Shown here one piece after another: positions 20,888 through 30,468 of a stretch of 64,000 nt of DNA. The notes under the pieces are model-generated. The model worked only from the letters and a program-made list of their open reading frames with translations. It ran no database searches and was not told where the DNA came from. This stretch comes from an uncultured Candidatus Entotheonella sp. GTDB taxonomy: Bacteria > Tectomicrobia > Entotheonellia > Entotheonellales > Entotheonellaceae. The stretch covers positions 3,584,001-3,648,000 of the forward strand of contig OZ244252.1 in the NCBI GenBank assembly GCA_965217185.1. The letters run 5' to 3'. Position 1 is the stretch's first letter. Every line of letters starts with the position of its first letter. Both the position numbers and the translations under genes were made by a program.

Positions 20888-22873
20888 TCAGAGGCTCCGC
20901 ACCTTGCCGCGGCCGTGCTGTTTCAGGATGGCCGTGCAGTTCGTCTTGGCGACGTCGTCAGCGAAGGCGCTGTCGCGGAAGACGACGGTTGTTTCGCCCG
21001 CGGGCGCCAACTCGGCGTGCCACGCCGCAATTCCGTGGGCGAGGGATTCGATGTCGTTCCCGGCAATCTTCTCGTCGAGACATGCGACCAACGTACCGGC
21101 GCCGATGGAACGGACCAGCTTGCCCGCGATGGTGCGTGTCTCGATGGGTACGCAGAGATCAAGCCCGAGCTTCGACAGCAACTCGTAGAGGATGTCGTCT
21201 TCGCTGCGGTCGGCCTTGAGGTGGTCGATATGGGTCAGTAGCGTCCTTTCCAGGTCGTCACGGTCCGGTTCCCAGGCGCGGATGTTGGAGGTGTCGAGCT
21301 TGAAGACGCGAAAGCCGAGGTCGCCGGTGAACATCGGGTTCTCGTCTTTGATCTTCTTTGCGGCGCGGCGGAGGCGTTCTTTGGTGAGTTCGGCAAGGGT
21401 GAGTGGTTCACCGATGCAGTCACAAAAGTCGGCGGCCGTCTTTTGATCTACGTTAGTCGGGTCAAGTGGCTCAGGTAGCTGAACCAAGATATAGCGGTAA
21501 TTACCCCCGTTGGCGGCATTGTGCTCTATTACGGCATGACCTGTGGTGCCGGAACCAGCGAAGAAGTCCATCACAACGGCATTCGACTCTCCACCACCCG
21601 CAATCTGAATAAACTTCTGCAGGATCGTTTCGTCTTTGGGATAGTCAAAAACGCGAGCGCCCATGAGGCGATTGAGCCGCTCCGAAGCGGATCGTGCCGG
21701 CTGATAGAAGACGCTTGGCGGCGTGAGCTTGTCAGTCTCGTGCAGATACCGCCGTACCATCACGCTCGTTTCCGTCACAAAGGTGATTCTGCGTTGGTCG
21801 ACCAAACGGTTGAATTCCTTCTGGTCAAAGCTCCACCCACGGTTCGGCCTAAGAGGGATAATCTGACCGGTCCGCGGGTTCTGAAGTTCAAACCGCCGCC
21901 CACCAGGTGCGGTTGGGTCATCCTCCTTGTACGCGCCCAGCGCGTCGATGTTCCTGAAGCGGCGATTCGCGAATGCAGGCTTAGTCTTGTTCGCACGAAA
22001 CCAGCCCGCAAGATCTTCTGACGCAGCTGAGTAATCGGTTCCGTGCAGCTTTTTCAAGCGAGCAACTTCCCGGAGCACTGGCTCTACACCCTCTTTATTC
22101 AGCCCCCAATCTCGCTCTACGTTTTCTCGGTTCTTCGCATAGATAACAACGTAGTCGTGACACACCCCAATCTGACGGGCGTCGTTCTTGTTCGCACCTT
22201 CCCAGATGAGCTCAGCGATGAAATTCTCAGGTCCAAAGACCTCGTCCATGATGAGTCGTATTTGAGCAATCTCGGTATCGTCGACACTCACGAAGATCGT
22301 TCCATCCTTCCGCAAGAGCATCCGTGCCAACCGTAGGCGAGGTAGGATCATATTCATCCAGTCGGTGTGGAAGCGACCCGAAGCTTCGCTCGCACTCGTC
22401 AGCTTTCGCCCATCCGAGTCGATCTGCCCGGTCAACATCTGGTAGTTCTTCACGGAGTTCGAAAAGTCATCGGGGTAGATGACGTCGGCGTCGCGGTTGT
22501 ATGGCGGGTCAATGTAAATGAGCTTCACCTTGCCGGCGTAGCTCTTCTGCAAGAGCTTGAGCACCTCCAGGTTGTCGCCCTCGATCATCAGGTTCCGGGT
22601 CGTGTCCCAGTCGATGCTGTCCTCCGGACAGGGGCGCAAGGTCCCGGTGGAGGGTGTCAACGCGATTTGTCGGGCTCGGCGCTTGCCATGCCAGTTGAGG
22701 CCGTATTTCTCCTCGCGCTCGTCGACCACACCGCCGAGAAGCTGCCTGAGCACCTCGAAATCGACCTTGCCCTCGGTGAACGCCTCGGGAAACAGGCTCT
22801 TGAGATGGTCAAGGTTCTCAGCCACCACATCCGCCGAGCGGGTCTCTGGATCGTTGGCGGTGACCTTTTTCAT
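20888..22873 (-). CDS. mod: Type III DNA methyltransferase Mod subunit
   Basis: IEGDNLEVLKLL, IYIDPPYN, DFFAGSGTT, DLGFRVFKLD; lower-GC central target recognition region. Confidence 0.93.
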   Translation of the reverse strand: MKKVTANDPETRSADVVAENLDHLKSLFPEAFTEGKVDFEVLRQLLGGVVDEREEKYGLNWHGKRRARQIALTPSTGTLRPCPEDSIDWDTTRNLMIEGDNLEVLKLLQKSYAGKVKLIYIDPPYNRDADVIYPDDFSNSVKNYQMLTGQIDSDGRKLTSASEASGRFHTDWMNMILPRLRLARMLLRKDGTIFVSVDDTEIAQIRLIMDEVFGPENFIAELIWEGANKNDARQIGVCHDYVVIYAKNRENVERDWGLNKEGVEPVLREVARLKKLHGTDYSAASEDLAGWFRANKTKPAFANRRFRNIDALGAYKEDDPTAPGGRRFELQNPRTGQIIPLRPNRGWSFDQKEFNRLVDQRRITFVTETSVMVRRYLHETDKLTPPSVFYQPARSASERLNRLMGARVFDYPKDETILQKFIQIAGGGESNAVVMDFFAGSGTTGHAVIEHNAANGGNYRYILVQLPEPLDPTNVDQKTAADFCDCIGEPLTLAELTKERLRRAAKKIKDENPMFTGDLGFRVFKLDTSNIRAWEPDRDDLERTLLTHIDHLKADRSEDDILYELLSKLGLDLCVPIETRTIAGKLVRSIGAGTLVACLDEKIAGNDIESLAHGIAAWHAELAPAGETTVVFRDSAFADDVAKTNCTAILKQHGRGKVRSL

Positions 22874-22886
22874 GGATTCTCCCCGT

Positions 22887-23645
22887 CTACAGTCTTGCAC
22901 GCGCCGAGTCACGGTCTGTCCGCAGGCGCTTGAGTTCGAGGTTGATTTCCGCCAGCCGGGTCATTTGCTTTTCCTTGGCGCCAGCGTCGCTCAACTCGGA
23001 AATCCTCGATTCCAGCCACCCATAGTCCAGCAGGGCCGACGCGCGGTCCGCCGCCTCCGCCGTCGAGGCAGGGATCGAGAAAACGCCGGTAACCCTCGCG
23101 GCACGCAGCGCCTGCACGGCATCAATCCAGGCTTGATAGAGAGCATGGAGGGACCCGCGAGGCTGGCGGGTTATCGCAAGGGAATCGCAAAACGCGGTGA
23201 TGATCCGGTCAGCGCAGCCATTGCCCATGTCGGCTGTGACGACATCACCGTCGAGCACCGTTTTGCCTGCCTCGCCTTGGGACCAGCGTTTGTGGGCCAA
23301 TGAGAGTTCCGTCGTGTCCCCCTGCCGAGCGATCAGCAGCACCGGATAAGGAACTGCTCGGTGCACCAGCTCAGTGAGCCGAGCGGCGCGCGCCCCGGAG
23401 CGCAGGGTAAGTTGCAGCACCGCAATCTCCAGGTACTCCCGCCCCGCATCGCGATATTCAGCCACGCCCACTGTAGTGGGTTTCAATGCGGCCAGCCACC
23501 TGATCTCCGCGACTCCCTCCTGGATGCGCCGCTTGTCGGCCGCCGTCGGCGCGCCATTCTCGATCAGTAACGTCTTTGGAACTCGACGGTCGACGAGGGC
23601 GTCATCGGGGAGCGCCAGAGCAGCGATGAGTTCGAATGAATTCAT
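22887..23645 (-). CDS. DUF4391-like protein
   Basis: RRVPK, EYLEIAVL, LVHRAVPYP, C-terminal KEKQMTRLAEINLELK; typical position between helicase and mod. Confidence 0.75.
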   Translation of the reverse strand: MNSFELIAALALPDDALVDRRVPKTLLIENGAPTAADKRRIQEGVAEIRWLAALKPTTVGVAEYRDAGREYLEIAVLQLTLRSGARAARLTELVHRAVPYPVLLIARQGDTTELSLAHKRWSQGEAGKTVLDGDVVTADMGNGCADRIITAFCDSLAITRQPRGSLHALYQAWIDAVQALRAARVTGVFSIPASTAEAADRASALLDYGWLESRISELSDAGAKEKQMTRLAEINLELKRLRTDRDSARARL

Positions 23646-26600
23646 GGCGCCTCCGCCGCCAAGACGACGAGGAACGCTATCACCTCGAAATCGTTGATCC
23701 CGGCGAATTCGCTCGCCATCGGATGGGTTCCTCCGGGCGAGAAGAGGCTGGCAACGGCGCGCTCTTCGCTCTTGCCGGCGATGGAGGCAACCGCCGCGGC
23801 GAGCAGCCGTTGCGCATGGCGCATGTCCCGGTCGCCGCGGGTTGCCCCGTCGAATCGGGCGCAGGCCTCCGCGTCGGGCAGGTCGCGGTCCAGGCAGAGC
23901 CGCTTCAACCGATCCAGGACACCCTTGGCCTGGGTGAAAGGCAGGAGCACGGCACCGTCGTCGCCGACGTGGATCAGGTAGTGCGGGGCGAGCGGATAAC
24001 CCGGCTCGAACGAGCGAGTGGCGGCGGGCCCCTCGGCTCGCAGACAGAAGATCATGCCAGGCGCAATCTCGTCATCCGCCCTTGTGACCGCCGCGTACAC
24101 ACCGAACGGCAAAGTCGCCAGGGCGTCTGGCCGATCTCTGAGATAGTCCGCCAGATCGATGCGAAAATCCGTCAGCGTGAGGTCGGCGATGGAAATGCCG
24201 GACGACAGATCTTCCAGGTCGATGACCGTATCCTGCAGCTTGAGAAGTTGCCGGCGCCGGTACTCGAGATCGTTCATCGGGTCGCCCGACTGCTGCTCGA
24301 TCAGGTTCTCCTCGCCGGTCGCCGAAATGTCGAGCAGCACCATGCGGCCGCTCACCCGCTGCTCCAGGCCCAGGTATTCCTCGAGTTCCATGTTGGGCCA
24401 GAAGTTCACGAGCTGGATGCGTTCGTTGGGTGCGCCGAGCCGGTCGATGCGCCCGAAGCGTTGGATGATGCGAACCGGGTTCCAGTGGATGTCGTAGTTG
24501 ACGAGCCAGTCGCCATCCTGCAGGTTCTGGCCTTCCGAGATGCAGTCGGTGGCGATGAGGAGGTCGAGCTCGCCATCTCCGGAAAGGTCTTCTGGACGCT
24601 CCTTCGTCAGGGGCGCAAAGGCGGTCAAGATCGACGCGAGGTCTTTGCGAAGCTTCGGCAGGGTGACCTGATTGCCGCCCGTCCCGGTCACGAGCGCGGA
24701 CTCCAGTGCCAGGTTGGCCTGAACCCAGGGTGCCAACTCGTCGTAGAGGTAGCGTGCCGTATCCGCAAACGCGGTGAAGACGATCACCTTCCTGTTGCCC
24801 GCATTGATGGGACCCTGACACTTGCGCTCAATGACGCCGCGAAGCTCAGCGAGCTTGGCGTCCCGGTCCGCGCTGACCTGACAAGCTGCCGCGTGCAGGG
24901 TGGCCAATCGATTGCGATCTTCAATGAGTTCCTGTCTCCAGCGGATCAGGTCCACGTCCTGCAGCAACACCTTGACTTTGCGGCCGACCAACAGGCTCTC
25001 GAAGGCAGGGTCTTCGATGTCGACGTCGGCAATATCGAGTTCTTCCAGTTCGACCGCCTGCTTCTCGATACGGGCGAGCATCGTCTCCACATCGTCGAGT
25101 TGCCGCCGCACCGTGAGTGCAAAGGACACTACCGAACTTTCCATGCGTTTCAGCGCGTTGACGCGCAAGAGATGAACCAGGCTTTCTTCGCGGTCTGCCT
25201 GCCGAAAAATCCTTCTCCGCTCTCCAGTTTCGTGCTGTATTTCTCGTCATAGGCGTCCCGCTTGTGCGGCAGTACGTAGCGCAGCGGTGCATAGGCAGCC
25301 AGATTCAGCCGTCGGATCTCCAGGTTGATTTCGCGGATGGAGGGGAATTTCCCCGTCAGGTCCACGTCCGGCTTTACGTTGATCGGCTTCAGGCGCTCTG
25401 GAAAGCGGCCGGTCTCCGTTACGCCGTAATACTTCTCGAGGTGCCGGCGCGAGCGTGCGATGGTCAGCCGATCCAGCAGCATGAAGTAGTCGAACCCCAG
25501 CATCTCGATCAGGCGTGGCGCGGTACGCTCGCTGTCGTCGAGATCGAGCCAGCGGTTGAATTGTTTCTGAGCCAGTCGGGTCGTGCCGTCGATGCTGGAA
25601 ATGCCATGTTCAACCAATGCCGCGTCGTCCCCCTCGGTGGCAAAGGCGATCTGATTGCGCAGGTCGGCCAAGCGGTTGTTGACCGGCGTAGCGGACAGCA
25701 TGAGCACTCGCGTTTTCACGCCCTCGCGGACGATCCGGCGCATCAGCCGATCGTAACGTGTCTCGCCGCCTTGGCGGGGGGTACGCTTGTTGCGGAAGTT
25801 GTGCGACTCGTCGATGACGACAAGGTCGTAATTGCCCCAATTGACGTAGGCGAGGTCGATGTCGCCCGATAGGCCGCCGTCGCGCGATAGATCCGTGTGG
25901 TTGAGAATGTCGTAGTTGAAGCGGTCGCTGGCGAGGAAGTTGCGACGGTCGTTGGCGCGGTAGAGGCTCCAGTTGTCGCGCAGGCGCTTGGGGCACAGGA
26001 CCAGTGCCCGGTCGTTGCGGAGCTCGTGGTATTTGATGATGGCAAGCGCCTCGAAGGTTTTCCCAAGTCCTACGCTGTCGGCAATGATGCAGCCGCCGAA
26101 CCGGTTGAGCTTGTCGATGGCGCCTACGACACCATCGCGCTGGAACTTGTAGAGCTTCTTCCACACCACCGTGTTGCGGATTCCCGTTGCCGACTTGACG
26201 ACTTGCTCCTCGTCCAGCTCATCGCCCTGGGTACGGAAGAGGTGGTGCAGGATCAAGGCGTAGATGCTGTGCGGATCATGGTGTGCTGCCAAAGATCGCA
26301 ACAGGTCGACGACCGCGGTCTTCACGGCGGCGCCATCGGGCAGTGCAGACCATTGGCCATCGAACCAGCCGCTCAATCGCTCGCTTTCTTCCGACATCTC
26401 GGAGGCCTGTATGAGATTGAGCGGGTTCCCAGGAGCGAGGCCCAGCCCGTCGGTGCTGAAGGAGAACGAGCCGAGCACGGCTTGCCGCGGATTCCCGTCA
26501 CCATTGCGCAGGACGACCGCGCCTTGTGGAACGGGGCGGTCGGCCCGACGGACTTCGACCGTCTTTTCCACCCAGTCGGCACAGCGGCTAGCCAGCCAGC

Positions 26601-26838
26601 GGCCTTGGAGCCGGTTGCGTGCGGCGCGGTCCGCGTCGGACCCGAAGAGGCACAGTTCCGCTTCGTTGGGCGGCAAAACAAGACGCACTTTCGCCATTCG
26701 CAACAGCTTATCCGCCAGTTCCCCGAACGCATGGAGGGAAAAGGATTCAGAGGCCAAGTCCATCTGGTGGTCGGGTTGAAGCCAGGGTTGAATGAGATCA
26801 ACCACGCGATCCGTTCCCGTGTTGGCGATAATCCTCAT
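23642..26838 (-). pseudogene. SNF2-family helicase with degenerate PLD-like N-terminus, split by a single-base deletion
   Basis: ADSVGLGKT, VIDESHN, LSATP in the upstream ORF; SEGQNLQD, WNP, QRFGRIDR in the downstream ORF; one added base at the A5 run 25205-25209 gives continuous GFFRQADREESLVHLLRVN. Confidence 0.82.
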
Positions 26839-26848
26839 CGTGGTTCCT

Positions 26849-27027
26849 TTAGCCAACCGGTTCGTGGACAGTACGGCCGAAGGCTTCTATCTGCTTCAAG
26901 GTGGGCTGTATAGACCCGCTTTCCCATCCAGGCAGCTTCCTGAACTTACCGATCAGGTCATCCTGCGCCAGCCCGGTACGCTCTCACGCCCAGCGCAAAA
27001 GCTCGCTATTGACGGGGCACGGGTCAT
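26849..27027 (-). pseudogene. Remnant XRE-HTH N-terminus of an ImmA/IrrE-type protein
   Basis: Hand translation: MTR-PVNSELLRWA*ERTGLAQDDLIGKFRKLPGWESGSIQPTLKQIEAFGRTVHEPVG*; one frameshift, one internal TGA, truncated. Confidence 0.72.
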
Positions 27028-27081
27028 GTGACGGTTCCCATTGTAAATGCTGCATTCAGAGCGTCGGGGCCAATTCTGAAG

Positions 27082-27390
27082 CTACGCGCCTCTCGCAGCA
27101 TGACCTGCTATTGCTGGGTTCCGCCGTGCTGGCGCGAGTTCGTAGCTCACCTGCATCCGCATCCAGTGTTCGGCAGTTCCCCAACCAATGCTTTCTAACG
27201 CCAGGGCCATATTCGTAGACATACCCGCTTTGCCGTTCAGCAGACGTGACAACGTTCCGCGGTCGCAACCCAAATGAGTTGCTGTCTCGGTGACGTTCCA
27301 GCCAACCTCTTCCATGCTCTCACGGATCAGTTCACCTAGATGCGGCGGGTTCAGCATCGGACCTACACGTTCGCCATTGTCCTTGCTCAT
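27082..27390 (-). CDS. higA: HigA-family antitoxin, copy 1
   Basis: MLNPPHLGELIRE, TLSRLLNGK, WMRMQVSYEL. Confidence 0.88.
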   Translation of the reverse strand: MSKDNGERVGPMLNPPHLGELIRESMEEVGWNVTETATHLGCDRGTLSRLLNGKAGMSTNMALALESIGWGTAEHWMRMQVSYELAPARRNPAIAGHAARGA

Positions 27391-27410
27391 AAGCGAATGC
27401 CCCTTTTCGG

Positions 27411-27658
27411 TCAGTGGTAGTCGATCAGGTCCACGTCGACGTCAACGGCCTCGCCATTCTCGAAGCGGAATACCACGCGCCAGTTGCCGGATACGCGAAC
27501 GCTCCATTGGCCCGCCCGATTTCCTTTCAAGGGATGCAGCCGGAAGCCAGGCGCGTCGGCGCTGCGCGGATGGGACGCTTCTTGCAGCCGGAACAGGATG
27601 CGTCGAAGCCGTGGCACCAAGCCCGCGGGCAGCCGAGCCGGATCATCCTGCTCATGCA
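27411..27658 (-). pseudogene. higB: 5'-truncated HigB-family toxin
   Basis: PGFRLHPLKGNRAGQWSVRVSGNWRVVFRFENG..DYH; native N-terminus replaced by a doxX fragment at 27659. Confidence 0.8.
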
Positions 27659-28086
27659 GCCGACTGCAGGAACGCAATCGCAAAAAATGCCGTCACCGCC
27701 AGTTGCCCGAACCACAAAGGTTCTATAAACCGATCCATGGTTGCCCCCTTCCCATTGGCAGACTCGCCTCGCCGTTACCTTACACCGACACGCCGGGCCG
27801 TACCTCGCTGGCGAAGCGGTCCATGACGCGCTGCATTTCGGCAATGTCCGACGTCATGATGTCGAACACCATGTGGCTGACGCCGCAATCGGCGTACCGC
27901 GCGATATCGTCCTGGATGGCGGTGAGCGGCCGGCGGTCGGCCCCGGTGTCGTCGGCAAAGACGATGGGGCCGCGGAACGAGATGGTTACGTCCTGCGGAT
28001 TGCGGCCCGCCCGGCTGGCTTCATCGCGCAGCCGCGCCACCGCGTTCTTCATCTCGTCGGGCGTCAGATTGGCGGGCGGGCGCAGG
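27659..28086 (-). pseudogene. Diverged partial duplicate of the LLM 3' end and doxX 5' end found at 32025-32627
   Basis: MDRFIEPLWFGQLAVTAFFAIAFLQS (ATG 27738) and LRPPANLTPDEMK..VRPGVSV (27780-28086) match the intact genes with substitutions and a 12 nt deletion. Confidence 0.88.
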
Positions 28087-28089
28087 AAT

Positions 28090-28124
28090 GTAGATCGGAT
28101 TAGCGAAGCGTAATCCGACATTCC
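28090..28124 (+). repeat. GTAG-type REP element
   Basis: GTAGATCGGATTAGCGAAGCGTAATCCGACATTCC, 3 nt from the duplication breakpoint. Confidence 0.85.
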
Positions 28125-28244
28125 ACCGCCACCCGCATCCACGCCGAGACCGCGTTGCCATGCAGCGGCGCAAGTTCGACGGGATTGCCGGGCAGGCAGG
28201 GCGGGAACAAGCACGGGCACGGCGTATCCCGGAGACGCCGTACC

Positions 28245-29378
28245 TCACGCGACGTCAATGAATCGCGGCATCACCTTGACGGCGAAATTCTCCAGATTGC
28301 GAAGCGTTTTGCGCAACGGCATTCCCGCATGGGAGAACTCGACCAACAGATAGTCCAGATTGCATACTTCCCGCAACTCCTGAACCTTTTCCGCCACGTT
28401 GTCCGGGGAGCCGACCAACAGGGTACGCGGCTCCAGAAAATCCCAATCCAGCTTGACGCCGGGGTCCAATACCTCGCCCGGGTTCGTGAACACCTGCCTG
28501 CCACGAAACGGATCATTGAAGATAAACCCGGACATGATCCCCGCCTCGGCCTCCCTGCGGGCTTCCTCCATCGAGGACGCGACGTACGTGGAGCGCATGA
28601 CTGCCTGATCTTCTCCCAGTCCGAACGGTCGCCCCGCCGCCGCTGACCTGACCTCCGCGTACAGCGCCATTCGCTCCCTGATCCTGAGCGCCGGTGGCTG
28701 CCAGTAGCAAGCCTTCAGGCCCAGGGAAGCGGCCGTCGTTACCGAGCGGTCGGTGGACACCGTCATCCACAGGGGCGGATGCGGCTTCTGGTACGGGCGC
28801 GGCGTCACGCGCAGCTTTGTCACCCGCTCGCCGTCCTGCCAGACCGGATCCGGGGGGAAAGACGGGTGGGAGAAAACGGTGTTATCGGCTGGGAAGCTGT
28901 AGTTGGTCCCTTGGTGAGAGAAATACTCGTTGGACCATATCGCCCGGACGATCTCCACGGTTTCCCGAAACAATTCCCGGTTTTCCTGGTCCTTGCGCGG
29001 ATCCGCGTTGGGATGGAACTGCGGACCTTCGTAAGGCCAGATTCCCCTGCCGAAGCCGACTTCGATCCGGCCCCTGGTCATGTTGTCCAGGGTTGCCAAG
29101 TCCTCGGCCAGTCGGATCGGGTGCCACCAGGGTGCGATGTTGGCCATCTGCCCGATGCGGATCCTGGACGTCCGGGCCGCCAAGTCTGCCCCCAGCAGAA
29201 TCGGGTTCGGAACGTCGCCCACTCCGTAGGGTCCGAAGTGATGCTCCCCCAGCCACATGGCCTCGAAGCCAAGCTCTTCGGCCAGGAGGGTCTGCTGTCT
29301 GAGGTTATCCAGCAAATCCGCAGCGTTCGTGGCCTCTCCCGCGGACGCCGCCACCGTGGTAAACGCCGCAAACTTCAT
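28245..29378 (-). CDS. LLM-class flavin-dependent oxidoreductase
   Basis: AEELGFEAMWLGEHHF, HPIRLAEDLATLD, GRIEVGFGRG, PRPYQKPHPPLW. Confidence 0.92.
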   Translation of the reverse strand: MKFAAFTTVAASAGEATNAADLLDNLRQQTLLAEELGFEAMWLGEHHFGPYGVGDVPNPILLGADLAARTSRIRIGQMANIAPWWHPIRLAEDLATLDNMTRGRIEVGFGRGIWPYEGPQFHPNADPRKDQENRELFRETVEIVRAIWSNEYFSHQGTNYSFPADNTVFSHPSFPPDPVWQDGERVTKLRVTPRPYQKPHPPLWMTVSTDRSVTTAASLGLKACYWQPPALRIRERMALYAEVRSAAAGRPFGLGEDQAVMRSTYVASSMEEARREAEAGIMSGFIFNDPFRGRQVFTNPGEVLDPGVKLDWDFLEPRTLLVGSPDNVAEKVQELREVCNLDYLLVEFSHAGMPLRKTLRNLENFAVKVMPRFIDVA

Positions 29379-29398
29379 CTTGAGACCTCCTCACGGAT

Positions 29399-29707
29399 TC
29401 ATTCAATCCCTGCCGCATGACCCCCTATTGTCGGGTTCCGCCGTGTTTGCGCCAGTTCATAGCTCACCTGCATCCGCATCCAGTGCTCGGCAGTTTCCCA
29501 GCCAATGTTTTCCAGCGCCAGGGCCATGTTCGTAGACACACCCGCTTTGCCGTTCAACAGACGCGACAACGTTCCGCGGTCGCAACCCAAACGAGTCGCT
29601 GTCTCGGTGACGTTCCAGCCAACCTCTTCCAGGCTCTCATGGATCAGTTCACCCAGATGCGGCGGGTTCAGCATAGGACTCACACGTTCACTATCGTTGC
29701 TGCTCAT
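29399..29707 (-). CDS. higA: HigA-family antitoxin, copy 2 (orphan)
   Basis: Close paralogue of 27082-27390; no toxin upstream on this strand. Confidence 0.85.
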   Translation of the reverse strand: MSSNDSERVSPMLNPPHLGELIHESLEEVGWNVTETATRLGCDRGTLSRLLNGKAGVSTNMALALENIGWETAEHWMRMQVSYELAQTRRNPTIGGHAAGIE

Positions 29708-29778
29708 AGGCAAAAGCCTCTTTCATGTTATCGCCACCGACAATTGTCAACCGACAGGCGACATGATAGAGTCGCGCC

Positions 29779-30057
29779 ATGATTATGTCGTTTCGTCATC
29801 GCGGCCTCAAGGCTCTCTACGATGGCAGGACAACACGGCGTGTGGCGCCAGATCATGTCCGCAAGTTGCTGGATATCTTGGCGGCCCTGGACCGTAGTCG
29901 AGGGCCGGAAGGCATGGACTTGCCGGGATTCAGACTGCATGAGTTGAGGGGTCGGCTGAAAGGTCATTACGCGGTGTCGGTGTCAGGAAACTGGCGGGTG
30001 ACCTTCCGATTCGAGGACGGGTCGGCCGTTGATGTCGATTACGTGGCCTACCATTGA
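29779..30057 (+). CDS. higB: HigB-family toxin
   Basis: MIMSFRHRGLKALY, PGFRLHELRG, VSVSGNWRVTFRF, YH end. Confidence 0.9.
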   Translation: MIMSFRHRGLKALYDGRTTRRVAPDHVRKLLDILAALDRSRGPEGMDLPGFRLHELRGRLKGHYAVSVSGNWRVTFRFEDGSAVDVDYVAYH

Positions 30058-30068
30058 GGAGATTGAGC

Positions 30069-30356
30069 ATGGCCATGCTCAACCCGCCGCATCCCGGCGG
30101 AATCGTGAAGCGGCAATGCTTGGAACCCCTGGGACTATCTGTGACGCGGGCTGCCGAGGGATTGGGTGTGACTCGGCAAGCCCTCTCCGAGCTTCTGAAT
30201 GGCAGGACGGGAATTTCAGTCGAGATGGCGATCCGTTTGTCGAAGGCGTTCGGGTCGACTCCGGAGACGTGGCTCGGCATGCAACTGGCCTACGACCTGT
30301 GGCAGGCGCGGGACCGTGCCGAACAGATCAAGGTCGAGCGTTTCACCGTGGCCTGA
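30069..30356 (+). CDS. higA: HigA-family antitoxin, copy 3
   Basis: MLNPPHPGGIVK, LGVTRQALSELLNG, STPETWLGMQLAYDLW. Confidence 0.92.
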   Translation: MAMLNPPHPGGIVKRQCLEPLGLSVTRAAEGLGVTRQALSELLNGRTGISVEMAIRLSKAFGSTPETWLGMQLAYDLWQARDRAEQIKVERFTVA

Positions 30357-30468
30357 GTGTGGGGCCTTTATCCCAAAACCAATTGCTCAGGAGAGAAAAA
30401 CGATTGCGGATGGGTGATCGCATGGCGGCAATACATACTCGTTCAACAATTGAATCTCAGAGGGGCGT

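Noticed and set aside
20888..22873. Phase-variable mod gene
   Set aside because: No simple sequence repeat tract seen
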